A DNA stretch of 64,000 nt from an uncultured delta proteobacterium (GTDB taxonomy: Bacteria; Desulfobacterota; Binatia; UBA9968): positions 192,001 through 256,000 of the forward strand of contig CAWFJP010000030.1 in NCBI GenBank assembly GCA_963816145.1, read 5' to 3'. The notes beneath the pieces were generated by a model. That model worked only from the letters and a program-made list of their open reading frames with translations, made no database searches and was not told the DNA's origin. Below, one piece after another: positions 10,157 to 20,407 of the stretch. Each line of letters opens with the position of its first letter. The stretch's first letter is position 1. Made by a program: the position numbers and the translations under genes.

Positions 10157-11197
10157 CTAAAGAATCAGCATCGCGTCGCCATAACTATAAAATCGATACT
10201 GCCGCTCGATCGCCTCACGATAAGCCCGCCGCACCAAATCGAGACCGGCAAATGCGGCGACCAGAATCAGCGGCGTCGACCCGGGCAGATGAAAATTGGT
10301 GATCAGGGCATCGAGCACGCGAAACTTGTCGCCGGGTCGCATATATAGCCTGGCGATGCCTTCATCGGCGGCCACCTCGCCCTTTTGCAGAGCGATCCAT
10401 TCCAAGGTGCGCGTGCTGGTCGAGCCGACGGCGATGACTCTGTGGCCGGCCTGCTTCGTACGATTGATTTTTTCCGCGCTGGCGGCGCTGAGCGAGTAGC
10501 GCTCCCCTTCCATGCGGTGATTTTCGATCTCCGCCGTGCGCACCGGCTGAAACGTACCGGGCCCGACATGCAGGGTCAACAACGTATGATCGATGCCCTG
10601 GGACCCAAGCCCCCTCAGCAACTCCGGCGTGAAGTGAAACCCAGCCGTGGGCGCCGCGATGGCGCCGCGATGGGCCGCATAAACGGTCTGGTAACGTTCG
10701 CGGTCGAGGGACTCGGCGCCGCGCTCGCGCCGCACATACGGCGGTAAAGGCGGCTCACCAAGAGCTTCCAACCGCTCATCGAATTCGCCGTCGTGGTGGA
10801 AATCCAAACCGTATCGGCCGCGCCCAAGGTCGCCGATCACTTCCGCCGTCATGTTCGCGCCGAAACCCAGAACGCTTCCCACCTGTGGTTTTTTGGCGGC
10901 ATCGACCATAGCGATCCACAAACTTCGACCGTCGTCGGGGAACCGCTCGATCAACAGGACTTCGACTTTGCCGCCGCTATTCTTTGTGCCGCGCAAGCGC
11001 GCCGGAAAGACTTTGGTATCGTTGAGCACCAGCAAATCGCCGACATCGAGAAAGTTGCCGAGTTCACCAAACACGCTATGAATAATCTCGCCCGTGGCGC
11101 GGCGCATCACCAACAAGCGCGAGCCAGCGCGCTCCCGGCTGGGAAAGGCCGCGATCAGCGACTCGGGCAACTGGTAATCGAATTCCTTGAGATCCAT
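10157..11197 (-). CDS. queA: S-adenosylmethionine:tRNA ribosyltransferase-isomerase
   Basis: FDYQLP, NDTKVFPARL, YQTVYA, AAPTAG.HF, HVGPGTF, TNFHLP, FYSYGDAML. Confidence 0.97.
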   Translation of the reverse strand: MDLKEFDYQLPESLIAAFPSRERAGSRLLVMRRATGEIIHSVFGELGNFLDVGDLLVLNDTKVFPARLRGTKNSGGKVEVLLIERFPDDGRSLWIAMVDAAKKPQVGSVLGFGANMTAEVIGDLGRGRYGLDFHHDGEFDERLEALGEPPLPPYVRRERGAESLDRERYQTVYAAHRGAIAAPTAGFHFTPELLRGLGSQGIDHTLLTLHVGPGTFQPVRTAEIENHRMEGERYSLSAASAEKINRTKQAGHRVIAVGSTSTRTLEWIALQKGEVAADEGIARLYMRPGDKFRVLDALITNFHLPGSTPLILVAAFAGLDLVRRAYREAIERQYRFYSYGDAMLIL

Positions 11198-11270
11198 CGA
11201 AACCGATAAGGTAAAAGAAATTATGGCTGGCTTACTGCAATGACATTTTCACCACGCGGGGCGCGAACCT

Positions 11271-11300
11271 GTAGGGGGCAAGGCGTGCCCTGCCCCCCTA
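11271..11300 (+). repeat. GTAG-type REP hairpin
   Basis: gtagggggcaaggcgtgccctgcccccctaa; similar GTAG hairpins at 31594 and 34218. Confidence 0.6.
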
Positions 11301-11356
11301 AGGGTGTCAATTATGCCCCGAAGCGACTATTAGGCTGGATGCGTACAGATCGGGAA

Positions 11357-12109
11357 TCAAGTGTCCTTCTTCAAGAACGGCGTCAGGAGATCGATCGGCA
11401 CCGGAAAAATCGTCGTCGAGTTTTTCTCCGAGGCGATTTCGACCAGACTCTGCAGATAACGGAGCTGCAACGCCATCGGTTGCGAAGCCATCACTCCCGC
11501 CGCATCGGAGAGCTTCTGCGATGCCTGGTACTCGCCCTCTGCGTGGATGACTTTGGCACGCCGCTCGCGCTCGGCTTCCGCCTGCTTCGCCATTGCGCGC
11601 TGCATCTCCTGCGGCAGATCGATATGCTTCAACTCGACGAGCACCACCTTGATGCCCCAGGGATCGGTCTGTCGATCCAAGATGTCCTGGATGCGGCTGT
11701 TGATCTTTTCCCGTTCGGACAAGAGTTCGTCCAATTCGCCCTGACCGCAGACACTACGCAGTGTCACCTGGGCGAGCTGCGAGGTAGCAAAAAGATAATT
11801 TTCGACTTCCCGCACCGCCAAATTGGGGTCAATGACCCGAAAATAAAGCACGGCGTTGACCTTGACCGAGACGTTGTCGCGAGTGATCACGTCCTGCGGT
11901 GGGATATCCATGGTCACCGTGCGCAGATCCAGTTTGACCATTTTTTCGATGCCCGGAATGACGTAAATCATGCCGGGGCCGCGCGCGCCGACCATGCGGC
12001 CGAGCCGGAACACTACACCGCGTTCGTACTCTTTGAGAATCTTGATGCCGCTAATAAGCGCGGCCGCCGCGATAATGATAAACGTCGCTATCGGTCCGAA
12101 TCCAAACAT
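11357..12109 (-). CDS. SPFH/stomatin (slipin) family protein
   Basis: [35 protein letters not shown]; paired with NfeD. Confidence 0.95.
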   Translation of the reverse strand: MFGFGPIATFIIIAAAALISGIKILKEYERGVVFRLGRMVGARGPGMIYVIPGIEKMVKLDLRTVTMDIPPQDVITRDNVSVKVNAVLYFRVIDPNLAVREVENYLFATSQLAQVTLRSVCGQGELDELLSEREKINSRIQDILDRQTDPWGIKVVLVELKHIDLPQEMQRAMAKQAEAERERRAKVIHAEGEYQASQKLSDAAGVMASQPMALQLRYLQSLVEIASEKNSTTIFPVPIDLLTPFLKKDT

Positions 12110-12145
12110 GTCGCCCTCCTGTTGTTAGTCCGCCGCTTAGCCGCC

Positions 12146-13438
12146 CTAAACCCGGCGCACTTTTAGCATCATTCCATCGTAACCGATCACTTCGACCTTG
12201 GCGTTCACTTCGATGGGGTTATCCGCCCGGGCGTTCCAATACTCACCACGAACAAATATCTGTCCCGCCGGCGCCAGCGCCAATCTAACCTCGCCAACCT
12301 TCCCGACCAAGGCGTCCATTCCCATGCTCGGCTTAGTCTGTTGGGTGCGGAAAACTAAATAGCTCAGCGCCAGCATAATCGCGCCCACCGTGCCCACTGC
12401 GGTGAAAATGATGGTTTTGTCGACGATCAGATCCGAGCTCTCAGTATCGAACAGAAGCAGCGATCCGATGGCCAGCGCAATGATCCCGCCGATACCCAAG
12501 AAGCCGAAACTAGGCACGAACATCTCGGCAACCAGCAACCCTACACCCAATGCGATCAGCGTGAGACCGGTGTAGTTTAGCGGTAATAGTTGAAACGACG
12601 CCAATGCCAGCAACAAGCAGATCGCCCCCACCACGCCGGGGAAGATCACCCCGGGATGGGAGAACTCCATGTACAAGCCGAGCAGCCCGGCCATCATCAG
12701 CAGATATGCGATGTTGGGATCGGCCAGAGTATTTAACACTTTCTGCTTCAGGCTCATCTCATGACGATTTACTTTGGCGCCTTTAAGCGCCAGTACGTGC
12801 GGTATGCCATCAAGGTCGACCTTGCGGCCATCGGCTTGCTTGAGCAGGTCGTCGATGTCTTTGGCGACGATATCGATGACGTTTTTCTTGAGGGCATCGC
12901 TTTCGGTGATCGCCACGCTTTTGCGCACCGCCTGGATCGCCCATTCGGTGTTACGACCGCGCTTCTTGGCGATGCTCTCGCTGAACGATGCGGTGAAGTT
13001 CTCGATCTTCTCGCCCATCACGCCCTTGACCTCCTGGCCGCCGCCCGACACCGGATGGGCCGCGCCGATGTTGGTGCCCGGCGCCATCGCCGCCACATGG
13101 GCCGCCAGCGTGATGAACACGCCCGCGGAGCCCGCCCCGGCACCGCTCGGTCCGACCCAAACCATTACCGGCACCTGCGCGCCGAGCATCTCTTTGACAA
13201 TCGTGCGGGTTGAAGTCAGCAGCCCGCCGGGGGTGTCGAGCTGCACGATCAGAGCGCGGGCGCCCTTGTTTTTCGCACGCGCGATGCCCTCGCGGATGAA
13301 ATCATCCACCGCCGGATTGATGCTGCCGTCGATGGCGATCAAATCGACATGCGGCGCTGCGGCGTCCTTGGACTGCGCAAAGACACCGGCGCCAAGCGTG
13401 ATCAGCACAAGCAACAGAATGGTTTTAAGCGTTTTCAC
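12146..13438 (-). CDS. nfeD: NfeD-family membrane-bound serine protease
   Basis: LDTPGG, AGSAG, AAMAPGTNIGAAHP, TM region, C-terminal OB fold (GEYWNA). Confidence 0.92.
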   Translation of the reverse strand: MKTLKTILLLVLITLGAGVFAQSKDAAAPHVDLIAIDGSINPAVDDFIREGIARAKNKGARALIVQLDTPGGLLTSTRTIVKEMLGAQVPVMVWVGPSGAGAGSAGVFITLAAHVAAMAPGTNIGAAHPVSGGGQEVKGVMGEKIENFTASFSESIAKKRGRNTEWAIQAVRKSVAITESDALKKNVIDIVAKDIDDLLKQADGRKVDLDGIPHVLALKGAKVNRHEMSLKQKVLNTLADPNIAYLLMMAGLLGLYMEFSHPGVIFPGVVGAICLLLALASFQLLPLNYTGLTLIALGVGLLVAEMFVPSFGFLGIGGIIALAIGSLLLFDTESSDLIVDKTIIFTAVGTVGAIMLALSYLVFRTQQTKPSMGMDALVGKVGEVRLALAPAGQIFVRGEYWNARADNPIEVNAKVEVIGYDGMMLKVRRV

Positions 13439-14189
13439 CGCGCATCACTTTAATGACTTGTTTGATGTCTTCCCAGACCAGCTTTTTGTCCGCCGGATTG
13501 CGCAACAAGTATGCCGGATGAAAGGTCGGCATGAGTTGAATGCCATGGTAGCTGGCCCAGATACCACGCAGCTTGCTGATCGGCACTTTGCTATTGAGCA
13601 ACGTCTGCACGGCGAATTTGCCCAAGCCGACGATGATGTCAGGACCAATGATGTCAATCTGTTTTTTCAGGAACGGTTCGCAGGCGGCCACTTCGTCCGG
13701 CTCGGGATTGCGGTTCTCCGGCGGCCGACATTTGACCACGTTACAGATGTAAACATCTTCCCGTTTGAGCCCCATGCCCTTGGTGATGATGTCGGTCAAC
13801 AGCTGCCCCGCCCGGCCGACGAACGGCTCGCCCGTGAGATCTTCGTCGCGTCCCGGGCCTTCGCCGACAAACATCAACTTGGCGTGAGGATTGCCGACGC
13901 CGAAAACGATATTCGTCCGGCCCGAGCACAGCTTACAGCGCTGGCAATCTCCGATCGCGGCGCGCAGATCTTCCAAGCTCGCCGCTTGTACAGCCACAGA
14001 AGTCTCTGCAAGCATGTCGAATTCGGTACCAGCCAAGACGTTGGGAATTTCACTGGGAGTCATGGGTTTCGGTAGCGCTGCCGAAGCTTTCGGCAGGTAG
14101 CGCAGCCCGGCCTGTTGGCGCCGCTCTAGATGGCGCTTGAGCGTGGCGCTTAACTCAGCCAGTTCTTCGCCGTCACTGGGCTCGGACAT
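13425..14189 (-). CDS. Uracil-DNA glycosylase family 4
   Basis: CQRCKLC, GEGPG, PFVGRAG, VVKCRPP.NR.P, HPAYLLR; start placed at MSEPSD (14189). Confidence 0.93.
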   Translation of the reverse strand: MSEPSDGEELAELSATLKRHLERRQQAGLRYLPKASAALPKPMTPSEIPNVLAGTEFDMLAETSVAVQAASLEDLRAAIGDCQRCKLCSGRTNIVFGVGNPHAKLMFVGEGPGRDEDLTGEPFVGRAGQLLTDIITKGMGLKREDVYICNVVKCRPPENRNPEPDEVAACEPFLKKQIDIIGPDIIVGLGKFAVQTLLNSKVPISKLRGIWASYHGIQLMPTFHPAYLLRNPADKKLVWEDIKQVIKVMRGENA

Positions 14190-14256
14190 TGGGAGAATCC
14201 TTTCACCGCCGGATCGTACCACCCGACACCAGCGCGAAGCAATAACAGTAGAAACA

Positions 14257-14811
14257 CTAATGGATCGAGGTGCGCACGACCAAGTGGCGCAACTGCTCGA
14301 CATAGATCGAGCGAATTCGATTCAGAAACTCGGTCGCCTGCGGCGTCGAATAGTCCGAATAGGTGTAAGACAATCCGTGAAATGCGCCATGGTGATAAAA
14401 CAGGGTGGCTTCGGCGAAAATCCCTGAGTTGAGATAGATGCGCTGGTTGGCGTTTTTGGTCGAGGCAAGAACGACTTTGAGTGTGTCGAGATAACCGGGA
14501 TCGAGATTGACCCGGCGACTGCCGGAAACTGAATCGCGGAACTTATCTTCGATCGCTTGGGTCTGGAGTTTGGCGGCAGCGAGTTCCGCCGCGCCGCGCA
14601 GCGACCGCAACGACCAGTATCCGCGCCAGAGGCGTTCGCCCATCTCCTTTTCGTAGTACTTCGACTCTTGCCAAGGCGTGACCACGCTCCGCGCATCGAT
14701 CTCCCCCAGCGTCGCCAGAAGCTCTGCTTCGACACCGGCAAGCAGCGCGAGCTCGGAAACCAAAAAGGAGATAAAATACTTCGCTGGCTTGGGCTCGACC
14801 GGCGCGCCCAT
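14257..14811 (-). CDS. DUF4416 family protein
   Basis: YYEKEMG, RRVNLDPGY, LASTKN..RIYL..GIFAE, YTYxDY. Confidence 0.85.
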   Translation of the reverse strand: MGAPVEPKPAKYFISFLVSELALLAGVEAELLATLGEIDARSVVTPWQESKYYEKEMGERLWRGYWSLRSLRGAAELAAAKLQTQAIEDKFRDSVSGSRRVNLDPGYLDTLKVVLASTKNANQRIYLNSGIFAEATLFYHHGAFHGLSYTYSDYSTPQATEFLNRIRSIYVEQLRHLVVRTSIH

Positions 14812-14814
14812 TTT

Positions 14815-16020
14815 TCAGCACCGGCTCTTGAGCGCGAGGAAGTGATCGTAGATGCGGTCTGCCAATTCGTCTTTGCTCATGAGCGGTAGTGATTGCGACA
14901 CGCCGGTGCGGTCGAGAAGGGTGGCAATATTCGTATCGCCGTCGAAACCGCTGCCCGCTTCGGCGACGTTATTGGCGACGATCATGTCGAGATTTTTTTC
15001 GCGCAACTTCTTGGCGGCGTTAGCGGTCAAATCTTGAGTTTCAGCGGCAAATCCGATCAACACTTTGCCGTCTTTGTTCTGACCAAGCTCTTTAACGATA
15101 TCGGGATTGGGTTCCAGGCGCAGCTCGATGGGGCCTTTGCCGCGCTTTATTTTTTGATCCGCCGTAACGACCGGCCGATAATCGGCCACTGCCGCTGCCA
15201 TCACCACCGCCGTCGACATGGCAAACTCTTTGAACACGGCGTCATGCATTTCCGCGGCCGTCGTGACTGGAATCCTGCGCACGTCCGAGGGACATTCCAG
15301 CGCCGTGGGGCCGCTTACCAGTACCACCGCGGCGCCCCGGCGCGCCGCGGCCCGCGCCAACGCATAACCCATCTTTCCGGATGAACGATTGGAGAGGTAG
15401 CGCACTGGATCGAGCGGCTCGCGGCTGGGCCCGGCGGTGATCAAGATCCGCTCTCCTGACAGATCCTTTTTTCTGAGCAACCGCTCGACCTCATCGGCAA
15501 TTTTTTCCGGCTCGGGCAGCCGGCCTTTACCCTCGTAGCCGCAAGCCAGGAATCCTTCCGCCGGTTCCAAAATGTGATAGCCGACCCGGCGCAGTTTGCG
15601 TAGGTTTTCCTGCAGGATCGGATTCCCAAACATATGGATATTCATGGCCGGCGCGATCAGCACCGGCGCCTGGGTCGCCATAATTACCGTCGTCAAAAGA
15701 TCGTCGGCGATGCCGCTGGCGATCTTACCGATGATGTTCGCCGTCGCCGGCGCGATCACGAACAAATCGGCCGAATCGGCCAGGTTGATATGGCCGATCT
15801 CGGACTCTTGGGTGAGATTGAAGGTTTCGCTAGCCACAGGATTGCCGGAAAGGGTTTGAAACGTCAGCGGCGTGACAAACTCCATGGCGCCGCGGGTCAT
15901 GATGACCTGAACGCGATAACTTGCTTTGACAAGCAAACGCACCAGTTCCACCGCCTTGTAACAGGCGATGCCGCCGGTCACACCGAGAACGATGGTTTTA
16001 CCTTTATCGATCTTCCCCAC
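14815..16020 (-). CDS. coaBC: Bifunctional phosphopantothenoylcysteine decarboxylase/ligase
   Basis: GVTGGIACYK, APATAN, PAMN, ITAGP.RE.LDPVRY..NRSSGKMG, GFAAET. Confidence 0.97.
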   Translation of the reverse strand: MGKIDKGKTIVLGVTGGIACYKAVELVRLLVKASYRVQVIMTRGAMEFVTPLTFQTLSGNPVASETFNLTQESEIGHINLADSADLFVIAPATANIIGKIASGIADDLLTTVIMATQAPVLIAPAMNIHMFGNPILQENLRKLRRVGYHILEPAEGFLACGYEGKGRLPEPEKIADEVERLLRKKDLSGERILITAGPSREPLDPVRYLSNRSSGKMGYALARAAARRGAAVVLVSGPTALECPSDVRRIPVTTAAEMHDAVFKEFAMSTAVVMAAAVADYRPVVTADQKIKRGKGPIELRLEPNPDIVKELGQNKDGKVLIGFAAETQDLTANAAKKLREKNLDMIVANNVAEAGSGFDGDTNIATLLDRTGVSQSLPLMSKDELADRIYDHFLALKSRC

Positions 16021-16228
16021 AGCGATAAACTAACCGATCCCGCCGGTCGGCGCAAACTTTTAGACAAGATGCAAAGCCGAGCGCCGATGACTGATAATGT
16101 ACCCGCAGTTGCAGCGATGGGACATTTTGTCACTAACCGTTGGCAAAACAGCTCAGCGTTTTGACCGTTCGCTGGCCCTAACTTCTCTATTTTGCTATCG
16201 GTGCCGCTGCCATTGGAAGGGTTCAGTG

Positions 16229-16244
16229 TGGCATGAATTTAGCT
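16229..16244 (+). promoter_or_regulatory. Possible sigma-54 (-24/-12) promoter upstream of mlaA/vacJ
   Basis: TGGCATGAATTTAGCT: GG-N10-GC spacing. Confidence 0.35.
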
Positions 16245-16346
16245 CCTGTTTCAGCCACCGACGCAGAGAAGTTTGAAAGGAAATAAAGCGCATGAAGACC
16301 GTTTCAGCTTGACCGTTTGCCGTGGTACATATAAGTCAAGTTAAAC

Positions 16347-17192
16347 ATGGTGAAGGAGTTGAGGATGTTTAGAACGTTTCGCCGATGGTTACCGAGAATA
16401 AGAGCGGCTGGAGCGCGAGTCGCCGTAATCAGCCTTTTGGCCCTCGCCGTTGGATCAGTACAGGCACAGGAAATTACCGCAACTGACGAGGCGGGAAGTC
16501 CGGAGTTGAGCGTTGTGGTCGCTAGCGACACAACCACCGAAATGGCCGCCCAACCAAACCTGACGGCCGCCGCCCCAGGGGATGACTTCGATGAGGACCC
16601 TTGGGAGGGATTTAACGAGAAAATGTTTAACTTCAACCGCGAAGTTCTCGACCGCTTCCTATTGAAGCCGATCGCCACGGGCTGGGACTTTGTGTTTCCT
16701 GACCTGGTGCAACGTGGCATCCGCAACATGTTCGACAACCTCTGGGTAGTCCGCCGCGTGGTCAATAATACCCTCCAGCTGAAGCTCGCCGGTGCCGGCA
16801 CCGAGCTTGCCAGATTCACCATCAACAGCACGATCGGATTAGCCGGCTTCTTCGATATTGCAAAGGACGGCTTCGGCATTGAGCAGAAGGATGAAGATAC
16901 CGGCCAGACCTTCGGTACTTGGGGCATGGGCCCTGGCCCCTATCTCGTGTTGCCCTTCCTGCCGCCACTGACCGTGCGCGACGGCGTCGGCTACGCCTTT
17001 GATGGAGCGATGTTCCCAGCCTCTTACTTTCTCCCGTGGTGGAGCACCCTCGCCGGGACTTTGACCGAGACGGTTAACGAGCGCTCGCTCAATCTCGACC
17101 GCTTCGAACGGGTCACAGAGAGTACTGTCGACCTCTACGGCGCTGTGCGCAATGCCTACCTGCAACGGCGCGCCGCCGCGATCAAACAATAA
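16347..17192 (+). CDS. mlaA: VacJ/MlaA family lipid-asymmetry protein
   Basis: DPWEGFNEKMFNFN, RFTINSTIGLAG.FD.A, EDTGQT.G.WG...GPYLVLPFL.P.T.RD; true start may be slightly downstream. Confidence 0.9.
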   Translation: MVKELRMFRTFRRWLPRIRAAGARVAVISLLALAVGSVQAQEITATDEAGSPELSVVVASDTTTEMAAQPNLTAAAPGDDFDEDPWEGFNEKMFNFNREVLDRFLLKPIATGWDFVFPDLVQRGIRNMFDNLWVVRRVVNNTLQLKLAGAGTELARFTINSTIGLAGFFDIAKDGFGIEQKDEDTGQTFGTWGMGPGPYLVLPFLPPLTVRDGVGYAFDGAMFPASYFLPWWSTLAGTLTETVNERSLNLDRFERVTESTVDLYGAVRNAYLQRRAAAIKQ

Positions 17193-17413
17193 TTGAACGC
17201 CTTCCATTCGGTACCAACGCGGAAGATCGGCAACGGTCTTCCGCGTTGCTGTTTTAGGGGAAAGTTGCTGGGAGATCTCATCTCATAGGTGATCCCAAGT
17301 AGTCGGCGAGTTCGAATCGGCGGCCTTTCGAGCCAGCAGACTTTTAATTCAGCTGCAAAGACTGTAAGGATTAGCCGAACCGACCAGCGCAATCGTAAAC
17401 AATCGAGACATCG

Positions 17414-18247
17414 ATGCCCATCGCAAGTCTGCCCACAGGCACCGAGCTTTACTTCGAGACCCACGGCGTCGGCGAAGCGCTGTTGCTGTTTCCCTCGACG
17501 GCGTTTTCCGGCGAGGTCTGGAAGCCCTTCCAAGTGCCGGCACTCGCCCCGGCCATGCGGCTGATCCTGCACGATCCGCGCGGCTGTCCGCGCACCAAAG
17601 CGAACCAGCAAGTCTACACCATCGAGCAGATGGCCAACGACGCGGTCGCCCTGCTCGATCACCTGGAAATTTCCAAAGCCCACTTGCTTGGCCACTCCAT
17701 GGGCGGCCGGGTCGCTTTGACCGTGGCGCTAAACTTTCCCGGCCGCGTCAATAGTTTGATCATGGCCGCCAGCGGCTCGGGTCTGGTCACTCGCGCCGGG
17801 CCCGATTGCATTCCCGGTTTGCCGCACTGGCTCGTGTTCGGCTTGGTCGAGAAAGGCTTCGAGAAATTTCTCCGCGACGAGTACTGTGAGTCCGAGGTAT
17901 TTTTCACCAAGGAGTTTCGCGCCGCCCATCCGGAGCGCATCGAAGAGTTCTTCAAATTAGCGCGCGCGACTCACGCCAATCTGTCCGAATACGTCCACTT
18001 GAGCATCGCCCGCCACAACTGGGAAGCCAGTCATCGTCTCGGCGATGTCCGCGTGCCCACTCTGGTGCTGATCGGCAATAACGACAAAGCGCGCAGCAAC
18101 CATCTGCTCCAAGCCGAAGCTTTGAAGAATCGAATTCCCGGTGCGGAGCTCACGATACTCGAAGGCCAGTCCCACGGCTTTTTCTGGCAAGCCCCCGATG
18201 AAACCAACGCGGTGATTCTCGACTGGGTATCGCGGCACGCATCCTGA
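17414..18247 (+). CDS. Alpha/beta fold hydrolase
   Basis: GHSMGG nucleophile elbow, C-terminal HGFFW; paralog of 37478..38305. Confidence 0.9.
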   Translation: MPIASLPTGTELYFETHGVGEALLLFPSTAFSGEVWKPFQVPALAPAMRLILHDPRGCPRTKANQQVYTIEQMANDAVALLDHLEISKAHLLGHSMGGRVALTVALNFPGRVNSLIMAASGSGLVTRAGPDCIPGLPHWLVFGLVEKGFEKFLRDEYCESEVFFTKEFRAAHPERIEEFFKLARATHANLSEYVHLSIARHNWEASHRLGDVRVPTLVLIGNNDKARSNHLLQAEALKNRIPGAELTILEGQSHGFFWQAPDETNAVILDWVSRHAS

Positions 18248-18352
18248 CTCGTTGGGTGAAGCGCCAAACTCTTATCTTTCTTCCGTAACGCGACTCCAGC
18301 ATTTGTCCTTCAGTCGATATTTGCGCTACAAAGAGCCGCAAGGAGACCGACG

Positions 18353-19243
18353 ATGCCTTACTGTTATCCACCCGATCCCAACACGCGCAGACCCAAGTTC
18401 ACGCCGCCGCCTAACGCCTGCGACACGCACTTTCATGTCTTCGGCCCGCCCGAAGTGTTTCCGTTCGTCTCGACTCATGAATACACGCCGCCGGCGGCGC
18501 CACTGGAACATTACCGAAGAATGCTCGCGGTGATCGGCATCGACCGCGCCGTCGTTGTCCAACCAAGCGTGCATGGCCTCGACAACTCAGCGACCCTGGA
18601 CGCAATCAAAAACTCCAACGGCAAGTTTCGCGGCGTCGGCCGCATAGACGACAAGACGCCGAACAGCGAACTCAAACGCCTGCACGACGGCGGCATCCGC
18701 GGTGTTCGCTTCAACCTGCTCGACCGCCCGCGCGGCAACGTCAACCTCGAGGGGCTCGACCGCTGTATCGAGAACATCGCGCAACTCGGCTGGTCCTTGG
18801 ACCTGCATATCGACATGAAAAATTTGATCGCTCAGGAACAGCGCATTCGCGCCTGCCCGGTGCCGGTGATCATCGATCACATCGCGCGCGTCAAGCCGGC
18901 GCAAGGTTTGAACCAACCGGGTTTTCAGCTGTTACTTGACTTGATGAAACTCAAACATGTCTGGACCAAAGTCAGCGGCGCCGACAAGATTTGCGAGACC
19001 CTCGTGCATTCCTACTACGGCTTGCCGTTCGTCGAAGTGATCCCCTACGCCCAGGCGGTGATCGCCGTCGCTCCCGACCGGGTGATCTGGGGCACCGACT
19101 GGCCGCACTCGAATAACTTCGCCCCCGGCCACACGCCCAACGATGGCGATCTAGTGGATCTGCTCGCGGCTTTCGCTCCCGATGAGTCGATCAGACGCAA
19201 GATCCTTGTCGACAATCCCGCCGCACTGTATGGTTTCAAGTGA
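18353..19243 (+). CDS. Amidohydrolase_2, LigI-like (2-pyrone-4,6-dicarboxylate lactonase family)
   Basis: ACDTHFHVFGP, VQPS.HG.DN, GIRGVRFN, IDH, WGTDWPH, LVDNPA.LYGF. Confidence 0.85.
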   Translation: MPYCYPPDPNTRRPKFTPPPNACDTHFHVFGPPEVFPFVSTHEYTPPAAPLEHYRRMLAVIGIDRAVVVQPSVHGLDNSATLDAIKNSNGKFRGVGRIDDKTPNSELKRLHDGGIRGVRFNLLDRPRGNVNLEGLDRCIENIAQLGWSLDLHIDMKNLIAQEQRIRACPVPVIIDHIARVKPAQGLNQPGFQLLLDLMKLKHVWTKVSGADKICETLVHSYYGLPFVEVIPYAQAVIAVAPDRVIWGTDWPHSNNFAPGHTPNDGDLVDLLAAFAPDESIRRKILVDNPAALYGFK

Positions 19244-19290
19244 TTTCCCAACTCTTGGGAGGAATTTGCCGTGATCAAAATGTCCGACGA

Positions 19291-19370
19291 GATGAAACGC
19301 AAGGGTGAAGGATGAAGTTAGGTATCAACCGAAGCAGAATTTTTTCCTTCCGCCTTCACCCAGCATCCTT
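19291..19370. repeat. Degenerate 7-mer palindrome (TGAAGGA / TCCTTC) overlapping the predicted SBP start
   Basis: gatgaaacgcaagggtgaaggatgaag...ttccttccgccttcacccagcatcctt; same family as 35764. Confidence 0.55.
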
Positions 19371-20334
19371 AGTGATGTTTGGCGCGCCGCTACTTTTGCT
19401 GGCTACCACACTTGTGATCACGCACCGCGCCTTTGCTGCGGATCGCATCCGCATCGCCGTCTCCAACCCCAACATGCCAAATCTGACCTCACAGATGGCG
19501 CTGAAACGCGGCTTCTTCAAGGACGAAAATCTCGACGCCGAAATTATCCGCATGAATCCCAACGTCGCCATTACAGCGCTGGCCACTGGCGATATCGATT
19601 ATTGCCAACTCTTCGGCGCCGTGGTCGGCGGCGCGGTTTCCGGGCTGCCGGTGCGGATCGTTGCCGGCTTTCTCGACAACTGGCCGATGACGCTGATCGC
19701 CCAACCGGAGATCAAAACGCTCAAAGATCTCAAGGGCAAAACCCTCGGCATCAGCAGTTTCGGGGCGACTCCCGACGTCGCCGCGCGGATGATGATCAAA
19801 CAGGCCGGCATCGATAGTGAGAAAGAAATCAAAGTGCTCGCCTTGGGCTCCGACGCGGCGCGGATGACCGCGCTGACCCAGCGCATCGTCGACGTCGTCG
19901 TCATGTCGCCCCCCGCCGACACCCAACTGGAAAAACAAGGTTACAAAATCTTGGCGCGAGCTTACGAGCTATTCAGTTTTCCCTACCTCGGCCTGGGAAC
20001 GAATCTGCGTAAAATCAAAGAGAAGCCATTAGAGATTCGCCGAACCATCAAAGCGACCGTCAGGGCCAATCGTTTCATTCGCGATAATCGGGACGAATCG
20101 GCGCGCACGCTGATCGCGTGGGGCAAGGTCGAGCGCGAATTCGCCTACGCTTCCTACGACGCGCTGCGGGTCTTGTTCAACAGCGACGGCGCCGTGCCCG
20201 ATGAAGGCTTGAAGCTGGTCATCGACCAAGCCCGGCGCAATGCCAAAGTAAGCCGCGAGATCGCGCCGAACGAAGTAGCGGATCTAACCTTCCTGCGCGA
20301 AGCCCAGGTGGAATTGGGAATAAAGGGGCGGTAG
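19312..20334 (+). CDS. NMT1/SsuA-like substrate-binding protein (true start possibly 19375)
   Basis: KRGFFKDENL, DLKGKTLGISSFG, ADLTFLREAQ.ELG. Confidence 0.85.
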   Translation: MKLGINRSRIFSFRLHPASLVMFGAPLLLLATTLVITHRAFAADRIRIAVSNPNMPNLTSQMALKRGFFKDENLDAEIIRMNPNVAITALATGDIDYCQLFGAVVGGAVSGLPVRIVAGFLDNWPMTLIAQPEIKTLKDLKGKTLGISSFGATPDVAARMMIKQAGIDSEKEIKVLALGSDAARMTALTQRIVDVVVMSPPADTQLEKQGYKILARAYELFSFPYLGLGTNLRKIKEKPLEIRRTIKATVRANRFIRDNRDESARTLIAWGKVEREFAYASYDALRVLFNSDGAVPDEGLKLVIDQARRNAKVSREIAPNEVADLTFLREAQVELGIKGR

Positions 20335-20357
20335 TGAACGGAGCGCAGCCCAACGAA

Positions 20358-20391
20358 TTGAACGTCTGGAACGGTTTGAACGACTTGAACA
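20358..20391. repeat. 9-mer tandem TTGAACGNN
   Basis: ttgaacgtc tggaacggt ttgaacgac ttgaac; related at 22054, 31681, 37431, 38328. Confidence 0.7.
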
Positions 20392-20407
20392 AATTCAGGA
20401 GCACTTA